A stretch of DNA of 63,697 nucleotides, counting the filler, from Phoronis australis (Eukaryota; Animalia; Phoronida): the NCBI GenBank assembly GCA_002633005.1. It is 10 parts of 10 records of this genome, joined end to end, with 100 filler letters (N's around TTAATTAATTAA, not from the genome) between each part and the next. Parts side by side here need not be neighbours in the genome. Positions count along the whole stretch, not along the records: positions 26,115 to 29,220 come from NMRA01000005.1; positions 29,321 to 43,326 come from NMRA01001568.1; 8 more parts are not named here. The stretch is one strand, 5' to 3'. Positions 26,882 to 41,200 of this stretch are shown piece by piece. Position 1 is the first letter of the stretch, and the number at the start of each line of letters is the position of its first letter. The translations under genes were made by a program, and so were the position numbers. The notes under the pieces were generated by a model. The model searched no databases. It saw only the letters and a list, made by a program, of their open reading frames with translations, and had not been told where the DNA came from.

Positions 26882-27084
26882 CAGCATACTGTTTGCCATT
26901 CTCTGCACTGTAAGAACTTTGTGATTTTTCTTTACCACCACTGCTGTGACTGCCAGAGCTACTTGATCTTTTTTTAGTCGGGAGCGGGGCATCCTTGATG
27001 TACCCACCTTCTTTTATCACTTTGGCAATGACTGACAACCACTCATCTCTCTCTCGTTCATTTTCAGCTTGAAGGACTATTGTC
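26882..27084 (-). CDS. APPL: APPL-like PH-domain exon 3 plus Ser-rich linker
   Basis: TIVLQAENERERDEWLSVI (PH C-terminal helix with Trp); donor at 26881 is the likeliest of two candidates. Confidence 0.8.
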
Positions 27085-27335
27085 CTGAAAACACACATTC
27101 ATAAGATGTGAAAAAGGTGCAAACAGGAGCTTTGTATTTGAAACATTCAGAAAGTTGTGAAAGCCATCAGTTCTAGTTCTGAACAATTCAGATATTATAT
27201 TGAATTGAAAAACTTTTTCTTACCAGACTTTTGTTCCAGGAATACAGAATATACTGAAGTAACAACATGACCATTATAAGTATGTTGATTATTCAACTCG
27301 TAATAACATCACGTAAATATAAAAACAAAAGTTAC

Positions 27336-27445
27336 CTTTTCTGGACGGGAGATACAATTTGGAAGACAAATCTTCTGTCTTCACTCTCTGTAACTTCAGC
27401 GTAGACACTCTCCTCATTTAGGTCCACAGCTAGCCCACCTGCTAC
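27336..27445 (-). CDS. APPL: APPL-like PH-domain exon 2
   Basis: VAGGLAVDLNEESVYAEVTESEDRRFVFQIVSPVQK; phase 0-2, in frame with neighbours. Confidence 0.88.
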
Positions 27446-27902
27446 CTAATCAGTCAACAGTCAACTTAAATACTTAATATCAAAAGACCATAAGATCTAT
27501 TCAAAGTTGCTAAGTTTCCTCAACTGACAAAAATGCGAAAAAATATTGGAAACTGGTTATAAATGATCTCCTAAAAATCAATGGAGAATCAGTCGCTGTA
27601 GTGTGAAATTCTGAACGCATTTTCATTGAAAAGTGAAACTGCAGCAACTAATACCCAGTCACTACTAATATTAAAGTAAAAGCCACAGCCTGTTCCATCC
27701 ACTTGTCCTGATTGTCAATAACTCTATAGCAAACTGAAACTGTTGAGACACAGAGTCACACCAGAGTTGCATCAGCTGTACACGAAATAAGAATGAAAAC
27801 ACATCAAAATTGACAGTTTCTTTCAAAAGAGGTTTTAAGACATTGTCCACACCAGAATAATAAATCTTATAAATAATAATAAATGTTGACAATATATCTT
27901 AC

Positions 27903-27987
27903 ATCATCTCTGCCTTGACACATGAGATTTCCACCTTGCGTGAAGAAATACATGCGCTCCCATTTGTGGCCTAACAAAGCTTGTTTG
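27903..27987 (-). CDS. APPL: APPL (DIP13)-like adaptor, PH-domain exon 1 of 3 visible
   Basis: KQALLGHKWERMYFFTQGGNLMCQGRDD; matches the APPL PH motif W-x-R-x-x-x-FTQGGNLM-x-Q; AG/GT boundaries. Confidence 0.88.
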
Positions 27988-28624
27988 CTGAAATAAAATC
28001 ATTACATTTGTAGCCGTGAGTTTGCACTAAATACATGTCTTTGAATACTCCATAAATTTTACCACTTATCTAAGAGAAGTTTGCAAAGAGACATATTCTT
28101 TATGCAAAAGAAATCGTGAATATTAAGTTTTTCTATTGTTTACATATTTATTACCAACTCTTCCCATAATACATCATTCCATGTAGTTGTCTTACTTTTC
28201 AGTGTAAACCTTTTTGCAACAACAGGCTAGTGAACTTCTGACAAAATTCAGTCAGACTCGGCTAAACTTTAACACACTTTATGTCATCAAAAGTGTAGCA
28301 ATCAAAAGTAACTTTATACACTCAGTTAAACTTCATTTTGATAAGATTAATTTGACAGAATAATTGCATCTATCTATAATTAGTGCTTATTTGTCACCAT
28401 GTGCCCAATGGCAGTAAGCATATGACAAAATAGAAGAAAAGTTGAAGAAATTACAGAAACCAGAAATGGAGAAAAGGACACTCAGAAGACCATGATTGCA
28501 CTTCCGTGTCTGTTTAGTTCCTTCCCACGATAAGCAATGATTACATTCTAAAGTAACAGAACTATGGTCTTTAAAACTAAAACCAGCACAACCCGGCCAG
28601 CATGACCGCATATTAAATACAGCA

Positions 28625-29148
28625 TGACATGTCCTGAACACATCCACTAAAACAAGAAACTGTAGGAACACCACATTTATCCACCTTCACTCTTATCAGG
28701 CTTCTATTGTGAGTCAGCATGCGTGAATAATTGGCTGATAAGCCACCTCTGGAACTACTTTTGGCTGAATGGATGACCAGGCCATAAAATGATAATTAGC
28801 CAAGACCAGTTACTATAATGCAACAAAGAATAATGTCTTGCATCACTAGCCTTGGTGGAAAGCTGTATACTGTATTGGCTCAAACAAACGCTTAGAAAAA
28901 TTCATTTCACAGGGAGGGGACGCTTATTGTAGTGAGACTACGGCAGTTGAAACCCGGTTTCCCAAACGGGTAAAATCGGAAGCTAGGATTCATCAAATTT
29001 ATGCTCTGTGACATAGTTGTAGCCTATGACAGCCTTTCTACAAAATTGTGGTGCATTGCTATCAACTTCCGTTGTTAAATTACAATAATTTTTCAAAAAA
29101 TTGTGCACAGGGCGAAAACTTGCCGACTGATGCGTCGCTGAATCGCGA
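28625..29148. repeat. Dispersed repeat, near-identical inverted copy at 62060-62589
   Basis: Reverse complement aligns over ~525 bp with few differences; both copies lie at or near contig ends. Confidence 0.85.
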
Positions 29149-29749
29149 TCGTCAATAGGAAAACTTGTACTCTTGAATAAAAATATAGTTTCGACTCAAC
29201 AAATTACCTGAAATCTTCCTNNNNNNNNNNNNNNNNNNNNNNNNNNNNNNNNNNNNNNNNNNNNTTAATTAATTAANNNNNNNNNNNNNNNNNNNNNNNN
29301 NNNNNNNNNNNNNNNNNNNNTTATACATGTTTTCAAGTTTCTCAATGACCACAAGGCATTACAGGAAGGACAGTACCGATTCCTTAGCGACGGTCGCTGC
29401 CCGGGCACTCCTATATTTTTAATTTCTGCTACTTTTTTGTGCACGCGATTTTAGGAATAATTTTTTCGCAATAAATGACTAACAGGTGGCGTCTCGTGCA
29501 TGACCTCATTTTGTCTCACAAACATCAAATTATTTGCTTGATTCCTTTCGTGAATTTCCTCATCTTAATGCATCAAAAGAATCCTCGTTGTAATAAAACG
29601 TTTGACGTTCTGTGATGAAAATCTGAAACTAAACGAGGCCTAACGCGTAAAATGCATCTTTAGTGTCCATCTTAATTGTGTTTGTTTTTATTTTATTAGT
29701 ATCCGGTATTACTAATATCATAACACGTTTATCATTATCATCGTCTCAC

Positions 29750-29849
29750 CTGCTCCGTGCTGATTCCTAAGTTGCAGATACTGAAATCCCGCACCGCGAG
29801 CGTGAAATCTGTCCATCGCCTCGCCCTCTATTGAGCAGCCGGGATCATC
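29750..29849 (-). CDS. SPMAP1: SPMAP1/C17orf98-like second coding exon; last exon is beyond the contig
   Basis: ccgcag acceptor and GTGAGA donor; DDPGCSIEGEAMDRFHARGAGFQYLQLRNQHGA(G), in frame with the previous exon. Confidence 0.82.
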
Positions 29850-30599
29850 CTGCGGATATAAGAGGTTGGGCACATTTATCGCAAGTGATTACCGCCCACT
29901 GCTGCGGTGTACTCTGTAGTGAGCAACAGACTTTGGTTCATAGGCCCATTCGGGACACGAACTTTCAGCAATAAACTAACCCACCGGCAACTATAGGGAA
30001 TAATAAAGGTGCGGATGCATAATCAAGGCCACAAACAGAGTTCTCGGCGTAAATTCCCGGGATCTTGATCAGTGGCGTACATAGTATAGGTTCATGTTGG
30101 ATTATCGTCGCCGTGCAGGGATATCTGAAAGACCCTGGTCCGCACCAGAAAGAACTGAAGCGTATCTGAACCATTCGCTAGAACGCAGCATGCCATCAAG
30201 TGAGTGATTGACGGCAGACTTGCACCCTACACTCTGTTGCTAAGTGTCGATACGGAAAGCCCACTGATATTCTTAATAGTGGCATTAACCATTAATAACA
30301 TATTAGGTCTGCGACAACAGAACAATTGCTCAGAGGCCTCACGGGATTAACTCCGTGCTTAATGGCCATCACGGTCAATAACGTTGATTACTGAAATCTA
30401 ATACAGATTATGTCCATGGAGAAATCAAATTCACAGAAGCGATGAGACTAAATTTCAAAAGGCAACGAAATGTAAAATACACTCGACAAAATAAGCCTAC
30501 ATTTTGTAACTGCAGTACAATGCACATTAAAGTAGAGCTCTAGACGGCTTGAAGCAAAAAACACAGAACACTAATGAAAGAAAAGTTTTATAAACACAC

Positions 30600-30872
30600 C
30601 TGTCCAGTTTTTTGTAATGTCTTGTCAACGCCGTAAAAACCGAAGTAATTTTTCACGTGAACGTCATTTTGTGAATTGTAGGGAGGAACTACCGGGCCAA
30701 GTTTTGGATGAGATTTCGCGTAGTCTGTTGCTATGGAGCTTGTAGCCTTGCAGTCGAGGACGAATCCTTTCTCTTTCTCCAGCATCGTTTCCGGATCCGG
30801 TGTTCGAGGACATCTGTAGATCTTGTTGTGGCGCGGGAAGGGGTTCTCTAGAGATTTTTTCTTTTCTGGCAT
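30600..30872 (-). CDS. SPMAP1: SPMAP1/C17orf98-like ciliary or sperm microtubule protein, first coding exon
   Basis: MPEKKK...EKGFVLDCKATSSIATDYAKSHPKLGPVVPPYNSQNDVHVKNYF...LQKTGQ, matching the C17orf98 pattern EKGFILD...PKL...PPYN.Q.D.H...YF; donor GTGTGT. Confidence 0.85.
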
Positions 30873-33236
30873 GTTTTCAAGCGTGACCTTGGCTAGCTGG
30901 TGATAATAAAAATACAACTGTACATAAATGAAAATGTGCAACAGATTTCTTAAGGAGATCAAATTATTTAGATAATAATGCACAAGTCCAAATTTATTTT
31001 CGGTCAACTTTGTTTTAATTTCTACAATAAAAAGCACACCCCATTCATACAAAAGCAATATTTCATTTTTTTTTAAGTCAAAGGATGTATATTTCCGAAG
31101 GCTTACAGGTTATATCAAGTGAATAAAGTTGAATAACTAATATGTTTACAAATAACACATGCCAATACTGATGCCGTCTTAATTCGGAGATTGGTGAATT
31201 ATAATAAAAAGAGTGTTTGTCCTTAATATAAGTGCAATGAAATTACATTTTCAAAAGGTGAAAACTAATATTGTCAGTCATGGCCAAAGCACAAGTGTCT
31301 ACTTTTCAGGATTTACAACAGTTTGAAAGAAAAAATAACAACGTCTCTCTACTTATCGAAACTATGGCAAGAATTTTGCAACGTAGAATTGCACACTAGT
31401 GCTCTAACCATTATCGGAAGATGCTTCCATTTTCATTTTGTTTCCTATGGTTGAATTATTGACTTGTGAAGACATTCGTCTGTTTTTTTACAACTACTTT
31501 AGGCCTACATGTGGTTTTATTCATTTAGAAACCTATCAACCACGCTCATTACTCGGATAATTCACCAAGAATCTCAACTTAAGCAAAGTTTTCAAACAAT
31601 CGCTACTCTGAGTTACGCCTTTGAAACAATGAAAATTAAACTTCACAACCCAGAACTGACGTTCTAATTTCCTCATGTTCAGTACAACATCACTTTCAGC
31701 GATATTCTTTTATACCCAACACACACTTACTTTTCGTGACAATTAACCTGCAAGTCTAAGGTCTGACTTGAAAGCTGAGTGTAATATAACTCAGGAGTTT
31801 ACGTAAACTACCGTCTGTCTGTTGGTTGCCATGCTCAGCAGATCTTAACTCCCGGGATTCCAATAAACACAATTCAACTTGATTATTGGAGTAAGGTTCC
31901 ACATTTGTGCATTGTATTCAACGACTGACAATGTACGTCACATCCAACTGTGTCGAATAACAATTGCTGAATAGAACGGACGCGACCATGTTTAATCTTT
32001 TGATCAAATGCACGCATGCATATAGATACCTTCTGCTATAAACTGTTTTATGTTCAAGTTTTGGAATGCGCGGCGGAAAATTAAAAACACGAAAATGTCA
32101 TTGTGACCTTGATGACAAGATAGATTGAAATTTCGAGATATCCTGTTTCTCAAATACATATTTGTTTACCCCTGCCGGATCATTTGTAAACTTTCAGGTA
32201 ACAGCTAGGATGTGAAATCAATTGGAAATTCCGGCTGACGGAGCCTAGGGTAACTTCGTTTGCAACAACATTTACCGCTTTATTAATATCAGTTGTGATT
32301 AACCAACAGATGCACACTCTAAACTAGACTTCTACAAAGCGTGGCATGAAAAGCAAATCTACGCCAATGAAAATTTGCACGTAGGTATAAGTGAGTGATC
32401 TTTAAACTTTTAGAAAATTACTTTGCCGTTTTGAAATACAACGTGTTTTTGCCGGTTTATTGATGTGATGTATTGGTCCTAGGTTCATTAGCAAGAGCGA
32501 ATAGATTTTTGTAACAGGGTTTTTTTTTTCTCACGAAGGTACGTCTGTAAATATCTACCGTATCAGAGAACTTTGCCCCACATGTTTGTCCTCTGTCTCG
32601 AACTCCTAGTGATCGTCTGATTATTACTTTTTTACTTTATGTTAATGAGCTTTACTGTGTATGCGACTAGATAATTAGTCCAGGGTCCAACTATCCGGTA
32701 TCAAGGTTAATAATATTTATTCGTGCTTTGAGACCTACAACACACTCCTTTTATGCCGATACTTGTGTAAATACTGCCTACATGTACCTAGTAACGTCGC
32801 TATACACTGCATGTGACCTACATAGCAAAATGGTAACTGCTAAGAAGATTGGCGTTGACAAAGTTTACCGAAATACAGAACTTCAAAATACAGGTTACTA
32901 CCTATGAAATATGAAACAGAAAAGGCTCGCTTTTTATTTTTTTTTTCAATTTTCAATTAAAGATCTGATTTCCTGTCTGTTTTACAGTGCTTCAGGTGCC
33001 TCGTGTCACACCTGGTCTTAGAAAGGTAAATAATCCTTTAAATTTTGTGTGTACTCACCTTCGTAAACTTTGAGTCAGCAAGTTATTCCACTTAAGTTTT
33101 CCTCAACAGTGATTTACTGCCTTTACGTCTAGTGGGAATACTAGAACTAAGCCTAACCACTGGAGTACACTAAGCGATCGATACCGAAGTGAGCGAGTTA
33201 AACACGAACACGGGTTGGACGATAAGTGCGAGTCCT

Positions 33237-33250
33237 GTTGCTAAGGACAC
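33237..33250. promoter_or_regulatory. RFX X-box upstream of SPMAP1
   Basis: GTTGCTAAGGACAC resembles the X-box palindrome; it lies ~180 bp upstream of a minus-strand donor (AG|GTGAGT near 33058) for a putative 5'UTR exon. Confidence 0.65.
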
Positions 33251-33601
33251 AGCGTCTATGGGCCAACAAAGCGCGGCGCTGTGAACAGTTTACACAGCTC
33301 GCAGACTGGCTGGATGCCTGTTGGCCCGGGATTCAGTTTACCGGAGTTTGTGTACGAGGAGAAAACTGAAAAAATCTGATTCTTCATAGGCAAGGCTGCA
33401 ATGAATATTCTTTCCGACGTACTTAACAGACTTAGTCGCGCAATGACCAATTAAATGACCTGCACATTACAATTGTCGGAATGGGGGAAGTCTGTTTTTA
33501 CCCTTGCGACTGACATTTATAGCGAGGTGATTGGATACACCATGTGACATATTTCGATTCATAAATAGATCACAAACTCGTTATTCTCTGCGCCGTCCAC
33601 G

Positions 33602-34269
33602 CAGTGCTGTAGTGGGGCACAGGCGCACGTACGCGCAGCCAAATGCCGTAGCGCCTACCCACCGTAGGTTACAATATAGTGCAGCCAACCACCTTTTTAC
33701 ATTTTATTGTCGCGGCAAACAACCACCTGTTTACATTTTAACGTAGGCCTACCGTTTGCGCGCCGTAAGTAAGGGACGGCATAGCTAGTGGTGCGTATAG
33801 TCTCGATAGCATCAATGAGATACAATACGACAGCATTGTTGCCGAACATTTCAGCGTGCGTCGGACCACAAGGCATACATGCTGTGGATGCTCACATGGA
33901 ATTTTTATTAATTTTTCAACTAAGGAACAGATGGTGGATAAAGGGGGGTGGGGGCGGTGGCGAAGGGTCTCGCCGCGACCCGACGGGAGACCAAAAATCA
34001 CCACCAGCATATCATTTCTGGGCGTTACGCTCCTATTTTCTTTTATTGTGGTTGGGTTCCCCTTCAGAGACCGCTTGGATTGCACATGGACTTTTGCCTT
34101 CGAATATATGTGTGGTTGGCCTCTCTTAATGTCTCCAACATCCAAGATCCGTGAGTCAAAAAGTAGGCCTAGATGTTTGTGAGTAAGGTTTTGCGAATAT
34201 GTCAATGTATTATCAAAATTCAGTGCTCATACGATGGGTCTGAGCGTCTACTTACCTCTACCAGCACTG
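33602..34269. mobile_element. hAT-like MITE
   Basis: Termini CAGTGCTGTAG...CTACCAGCACTG; degenerate 8-bp flanks CGTCCACG/CGTCCGCA. Confidence 0.5.
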
Positions 34270-35629
34270 CGTCCGCAGCTTTTACCCGGCCTCCTTGAAA
34301 AGAAAAACAGTCCTGTCAATATGTCAAGCCTCAAACACTTTACGTGTCATGACAAATTATGAGTTGAAAATTGGTACGGTAATGAATTAGGAGAGATTTA
34401 TGCAATAAGAAAATAATAAATTTAAACCTTGAGTTTATATTGCAGTGTTTGAGAGAGCTCCGCCAACGGCAGTTTTATCCTCCAGGTAATTTAATACCCG
34501 TCGGACCATCACGTCGCGAATGTAAACAGGTACTTAGAGCCGACTGGATAGCGTTTGCGGGATAACCAGTTTCTTACTTCTGTCAAAACCATAAGTTTAT
34601 TAATAATCAACTAGAGACATAACAATATACGCAAACCCATGTTTGCTTAACCAGAACTCAGATACTGACTCTGTCTGAAACCAGAAGGACCAACAGAACA
34701 ATGGAAGGAGAAATGCCCCAGATCGACCCGGCGACAGCTGATCGGAAGGAAAATTCTCCTCTAGATTATATTTACCTGATTTGAACTTGGCAAGGCATGG
34801 TCTGTACTCGAGTTTTTAGCCTCAGTTTAATTGTGTTCGTAGATTGTCACGGCACAAATAAAAATTTACAACTTTATTTAAAGTTATCCTGCCTGTGCCA
34901 AACAGCTTACCAGTCCGTTTTACAGTCATCATTTGAGTGTGATTAAGGAACTCGACATTCAATTATCTCAGTATTGGACGGTGTCCAAAGATAGGTATCT
35001 ATAAAATCTTTGCGGTGTCGCCGAAAAATCCAGCAATCTCCGGCCTTCGCCGGATTCGTCTAATCCGAAACACGAGTGTTTCAGTTTCACAGCAAACAAC
35101 CAGATGCATCATACCAGGCAAGCAACGTTCATGAATTTATTATGACCCACAAGTAGGCTATTGGTCAGAGGTTCGATTCAAACGATGAAAGAATTGGTGT
35201 CTACGTGGCAAAATCGGATCATCAAAGCCGGCAACTGGCCAGCGTTCTGTAAACATTGATTTAGACCACAAAAATTGGCCTCGAACAATTAATTGCTGTT
35301 ATGTGGACCGGACTAGTGGCTTGACTATGGCGCTTCAATAAATGCGTCGTCAGTGCTAACAAATTAAATTCTGAGAAAGGAACAATTAAGTTGCCTCAGT
35401 GAAACTAATTTTACAGCGCGCGGTGCCAGTTGTTAAACGTTTATAAGACATTCTCCCCGCTTTATTTTAAAAACTTTCGTAAAACGGGTTCTAACGAAAA
35501 TTAATCCAGTCGAAACTTTAGTCCAAATAATGCTCACTCAACACAACTTCGAATATTATCTTAATTTAATAAGATTTTTAGTTTATAATTTTGTTGGAGA
35601 GATTCACCACCATCCAAAATGGTCGTTAT

Positions 35630-35737
35630 CAGGGGCGGATCCAAGATTTCGAGTTGGGGGGGGGGTGCAGGTCACAGGAATAATCAGAATTTGGGGAGTT
35701 GCGCCGCGCGCCCAGCTTAAAATGTNATCCGCCACTG
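35630..35737. mobile_element. Short MITE
   Basis: CAGGGGCGGAT...ATCCGCCACTG termini; internal N; no TSD visible. Confidence 0.5.
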
Positions 35738-38273
35738 TTTGTAGTGATTGATAGCTGCCTCATGCATTATGGTTACTAACTTAACTGCCGTCATACATGT
35801 ATGTAATGAGGTTTCCGCGGAAACCACGCACACCTTTTAACTTGAAAGCAATAGTAAAAAATAAGTCAATCACAAAGAGGATTGAAAGTCACAAACGTTT
35901 AAATTTTGGTGATATCTTTCGACTGGTGAAATTCGTTATGTGTTTGAAATTGGTGAATGTTAAGAAAAGAGTAACTTTAAATGAGACGTGAACCTGACAC
36001 ATTTTTGGCGAGCACCAGATTCGCCGACGCCTTCAATTGAGACATTGTCATCCACATGACTCCATTTTCAAAAGTAGTGTTAAATGCCGCAAAGTACGCT
36101 TCTGTCCATAAAGTATCCACTGGATCAAAAAAGAAACGAAAAACGCAAACTTTTGAAAACGCAACAGTTTTTTTACACGGAAACGACACCCGTGCACATT
36201 TAAAGTTGTTTACTAGTGTTTGGCAAATAAAGCGGCTGAAATTCGTATTCAGTATAATTTTTCAAGAAAGCTGTATCCAGAGCAAAGAAGAAAGGTATTA
36301 ATAATATCAGGAAGAGATAACCAGGTTCTGGTTATCTCTTCCTGATAATATGCACAGATGTCGGGATTGGAGTATTCATAATCAAATCTCAAAACACTGT
36401 TCCGTCTTTCTAAATTATCCTTTTATTTCGTCTATGCAACTTAAAAGGTTCTAAAAAGTTCATAAAAATCACGTAGTTTCGTCTTTTTGAAAGCCCCTCA
36501 CGTAGGCCTACAAACGTTGTGAACACAATTCCTCACAGATTTTCGGAGGGCAGTGTGTAAAGCGTGGTATCTTATGGTTTCATATCAGTGAACTCGATCA
36601 GTCATTCCTGAGATATGATATTCTGAAGTTAGCCGGATTTGGGCATTTTTCTAGGCTCCTACGGGTAGAATCTTAGTACAGCACAGAACGATCAGGACTG
36701 ACAAACACACAGAAGCACGTGCGCATATTTGGACAACCGGTCTATAAAACAGACACTGGACCCACCAAGGCAGGTACTGGAGCTTCACTCCCAAAGTCGT
36801 TGAAGTAACACCAAAACCAAATGGTGAACGCAACAGTCACTAAATTCACAGAGCGTGAACTCATTGACGAAACAATCCGATTTCTATTCCACCAGTCCAA
36901 GTGATCACGCTCCAGACAGTGCCGTCGTCTCAACTGGCCACAGCTTACGACGGCGCTAGCGTGTGATTCGCGCCACACACCACAATAAGTTCGCCGAAAA
37001 AGATTGGCAAATCAATAGGAAATTTTAGGAATGATGAATTTTTAGGAGTGTCCGGCACAAAGCATGCATCCTACTGTGAAAGGGCAAAGGCGAAATTGAT
37101 GAAAGTTGCATACAGTCATGTAAATTATGCAATTCTTACGCTTTACGCGATTGCGCATGGCGTCATGCGTATGTTGGTGTAGTAACTACTACTATTACTT
37201 CATTCATGTGTTGCAAAGATTTCACATACTTGAAGCATTTCAGATGGAATAAGGTGGCCTGAATATTTAGTGAACTGTACCGCTTAAGGAAGAGTTTCGG
37301 TTTAAGGTCGTTGTTGCAATAATAAAACATAGATGTGGTGACAGTAAAATAGATGATTATGTTTTATTAGGCTTGTCCACGCTTCTTAGAATAGAATTAG
37401 ATATCACAAATACAATGCATATACACACAGCCACGTTCTTGCACGCAACACCACACTAAAAATTTGCAGAGGTAGAAAATTTGGAAATAAGGCCAGAAAA
37501 TGGTTACAAGACACCAAAAAGGCACTGCAAACAAACAGATCACATTGAAATGACAATAAAACTCATTGATAGAACATTTATGTAACCCAGCAGACAGTCA
37601 AATTTTCTCAATGCTTTTGATTTCTTTCACACCGCCAATATTTCTAACATTTGTTTTCTCATAAACTAGACAAGTTAATCATATAAACAGTATATTTCTC
37701 AGTCAAAACCATATTCTGACAGGAGGCACTAGTAAGGACACCCTGACCCTGGCCAGAGATACAATATATCAGGGGACAGTTTCTATCTAAGGTCATACGC
37801 CCGCCTATAGTCAACATTGTCGGTAGGCATGTTATGGCGAACACAAAACTGGTTCATATTCATAGCAGTGACTGCCTTCAGGAGCTATGTAAATGAACTA
37901 GCTGCCCTGCATTGGCAAACTAAAATTGAACACAAGACCGTCTTACCTCCAGAAGGGACAAGAGACCTTTGATAAAACTGGAACCATTATGCATGTTTCT
38001 ATTCTAAAACAGGTCAATGTTTTTGAGACCTGGGCAATCACAAAAATCAACTTTGACAATCATTTCTGTCCTAAGTTGGCGAGACTTTACCACATAAGAC
38101 ACTGATTTATCCAGTAAGTAGGCATATATCTTTGACCTAACTGTGCATACACAAAACATAGAAATATATTTGACATCAACACATTACACGAGAACTTGCC
38201 GGATAGTTTAGTTGTTAATTAACTTGGAGTTAACATTCATCATGTGGCTAAGCAAGGACGCTGTTAACCTGTA

Positions 38274-41200
38274 TAGCGGAGAGGTAATTCATAAAAATCG
38301 CGCACTTTGTGACAAGTTTCTGCAAATTGGTCCAATCTTAGGAATAGGTAAAACATTTCTAAAAAGCACCGCAAACAAACTGTGCTAACCCCCTGGTGGC
38401 CGCTACGCAAAAAATCCAATATGGCCGCCGCCGAAAATGGAAATTGGCATATTTCGGCTATTATCATCACCAGAGCATGTTGTAAATCCATGTTTTCAAT
38501 ATTTTTGGGTGCGGGGAGTTTATTTCTGATGTTATTTTTATGCTTTGAGGCCATTTAAATCTTTTCACACTTTCTCTGAACTGAAAATACCAAACGCTTG
38601 GCCCCGCACATTGTCTCCGGATAGAAAATGTCAAACGCTTGTTCCCGCGCTGCTCCACTCTTGCATCTATTGGTTATATTATTTTTGTTGGTTTGAATCA
38701 GGCTTTTTAGAATGCTCAGAAGAAAAAATGTCAATGGCGGTACCCTGATGAGGTCGGTGAATCAAAAATCGTAGGCTTATGCTTCATGGGCATGCTCCAC
38801 ATCGAAATGGCATCTCAAGAGAGTGGAGGTAAAGCATGTCAGGCGTATCAGATATGCATACCAACTCATTCTGGCTTAATGAGTTAAAGAAACAGGCATA
38901 TGATGATGAGTACTGTCATGAAAGCTCTGGACCTCACGAAAGCTTTGATATGTGGGGAAAACGAGTCTGCAATACTCCAACAGTTTGTTACTGAAAAAGT
39001 GTAAGAGACTACCTGCTAATTAACTGTCGCTCCATTCGAGGACAGAGACTGGGCGATTGGCCATTGACTTTGAAAAACCATGTGAAAAATTGTGTCCATG
39101 TTTTTTTTGCATTTGGACATACGAATTACGCACGCTGGATGCCTTTTTTCTCGAGAGCCATGGCACAACATCCACAGACCCACCCTTAAGTGCACGAAGA
39201 TTTCATGGAAGGGAAATGTGTTGTTCAATGTAGTGACAGGAAGTTTTCTTTGACCAGAGCCAAGACCACAGTATCAAGTTCTTGATGGAGTATAGTGATG
39301 CAAAGGGACTCTACAAGAAGACGATGAATGATTGATTTCTCACCGTCAGAAGTGTTGAGGTTAATTGATGAGTTTGAGGATGCATGCGTCTCAACATCAA
39401 GAAGCAATGACAATCTGGAGCATCCTGAGTCTTCTATTACTGAACAAACAAAGATTCTGAAAGACCCCAAAGCTCTATGCGACCTTGTGAAGGATGGTCG
39501 AGTTGTTAATCCATTCAAGGAGACTGGCTCAGATCTCATTACTTTGGACACTAGTGAGATCATAGATTCTGAGATCAGCAACTGCCGTAGGGAAGCTCCG
39601 AACATAGGTCAAACCAAAGTCACGGAAATTGTTACCAGACTAGTGTCTGACATCATCCCAATGACCAATTTGTTTACTTTCGCCAACAGACCACCCACTG
39701 ATTTGAAAAAGAATATTGACAAGCTGGGATCTGCCAAAGCGAATACGGCTCTCATCACCAAGATGTTTATGTCACACCAAGCACATCCTTGAATAGAGAT
39801 TGTAGATTTTTCAAGCACGAAAATCAGCGTGAACCCCTATCATTATGCGGTAGAGGTAAACTTCGGTCAGGAACCATGTCCGATATTTTCCATGTCTGCC
39901 TGGCATGCCCGTTCCTGGCCGATGTCAAGCACTCAAGGAAGCTTCTGTTGTTCTCGATGTGGCAGCCATAATACATACTATAAAACCCCAGGCTGCAAAA
40001 GTGTTTGGGGAGTATACACAGATGCAATTGCTGCCACACGTGCAAAGCCAGATGGCAGAGAGCACAAGAAGAGTGGACGTAGTCTGGGACACATACTGAG
40101 AGGATAGTCTGAAGTCATAGACTCGTGTGAAGCGTGGTGAGACTGAAGTGCGACAAACACGGGTTTTGGCTAAGATACCAATGCCCAGGGGAACTCAGTG
40201 GCAGACACACCTCAAAAATTGTTAAAACAAGGACGAGCTCTTCCAGTTCGACATCCAGGACCTTCTGGGCAGCACAGCTGATTCACAGTACCAACTTCTT
40301 ACAACAGACGTCGACCTAGTAGTCAGCAACAAACCAACAGACGTACATGTATCACCATTGTCTCCATTCCTACAGACTGAAACTGCCACGAGGATGATGC
40401 TGCATTTGCAACATGCAGTTGTTCAGGTTCAGACCAAGGCTTACTTTAGGACAGTTGTCAGTGTCGTGGTGGTTCTAACAGTCAGCTTCTTTCACAAGCA
40501 ACGCCTCTCAGTGTTGTGGATTGGATTTGCATCTGGAAAAACTATAAGGATATTTCTATCCACCAAATCTCTCCAAACCTTGGGCCGCAGAAATGTGAAG
40601 CCCTCCCACTCTTCCATGTACTGACTGGTTGTGATGTCGTCTCAGCACTGTTCGGGATTGAAAAATGAAGTGCATGGTATGCTTGGGCTGCTTTCCCCGA
40701 GGTCATAAATATTTTATTCCCATCACTTATGACCCAACTACCCCCACACATGACTCGATTCCTTTACGACATCTTGAACGCTGAATAGTAATAAAATACA
40801 GTAAAAACTGTGGGACCACTCTGTGATGAAGCAGGAGTGCTTCTGTTCACCCATGACCTCAAGACTCTGGAATCACAACACCAACACAGCATGCTTTATT
40901 CCAACATGCTAGGCGTTCCCTGCTTACTGCAGCTTTTGTAGGGAAACAGTCTCTTGCCAATAAAAGCCCAGATACCAAACCCATGTCTATGGGGTTGGGA
41001 ATGGAATGCTAGAGCTACAAAATGGGTGCCATATTGTACAGATCTGGAAGATGTAAGCCAGGCGTGTTCGCTACTTCTCCATTGTAGCTGTGTTGTTGCC
41101 TGCAAAGGCAATTGTAAGTGCCATCGAGCTCGACTCGGCCGGAGTACCACAGTGTGCAAATGTGAAGGTGCCTGCATTTCATCTTTCTCAATATATTGTT

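Noticed and set aside
38264-38554. Similar ORFs at 38264(-), 41495(+) and 42819(-) as a small gene family
   Set aside because: They are translations of the Academ TIRs and of the assembly duplicate
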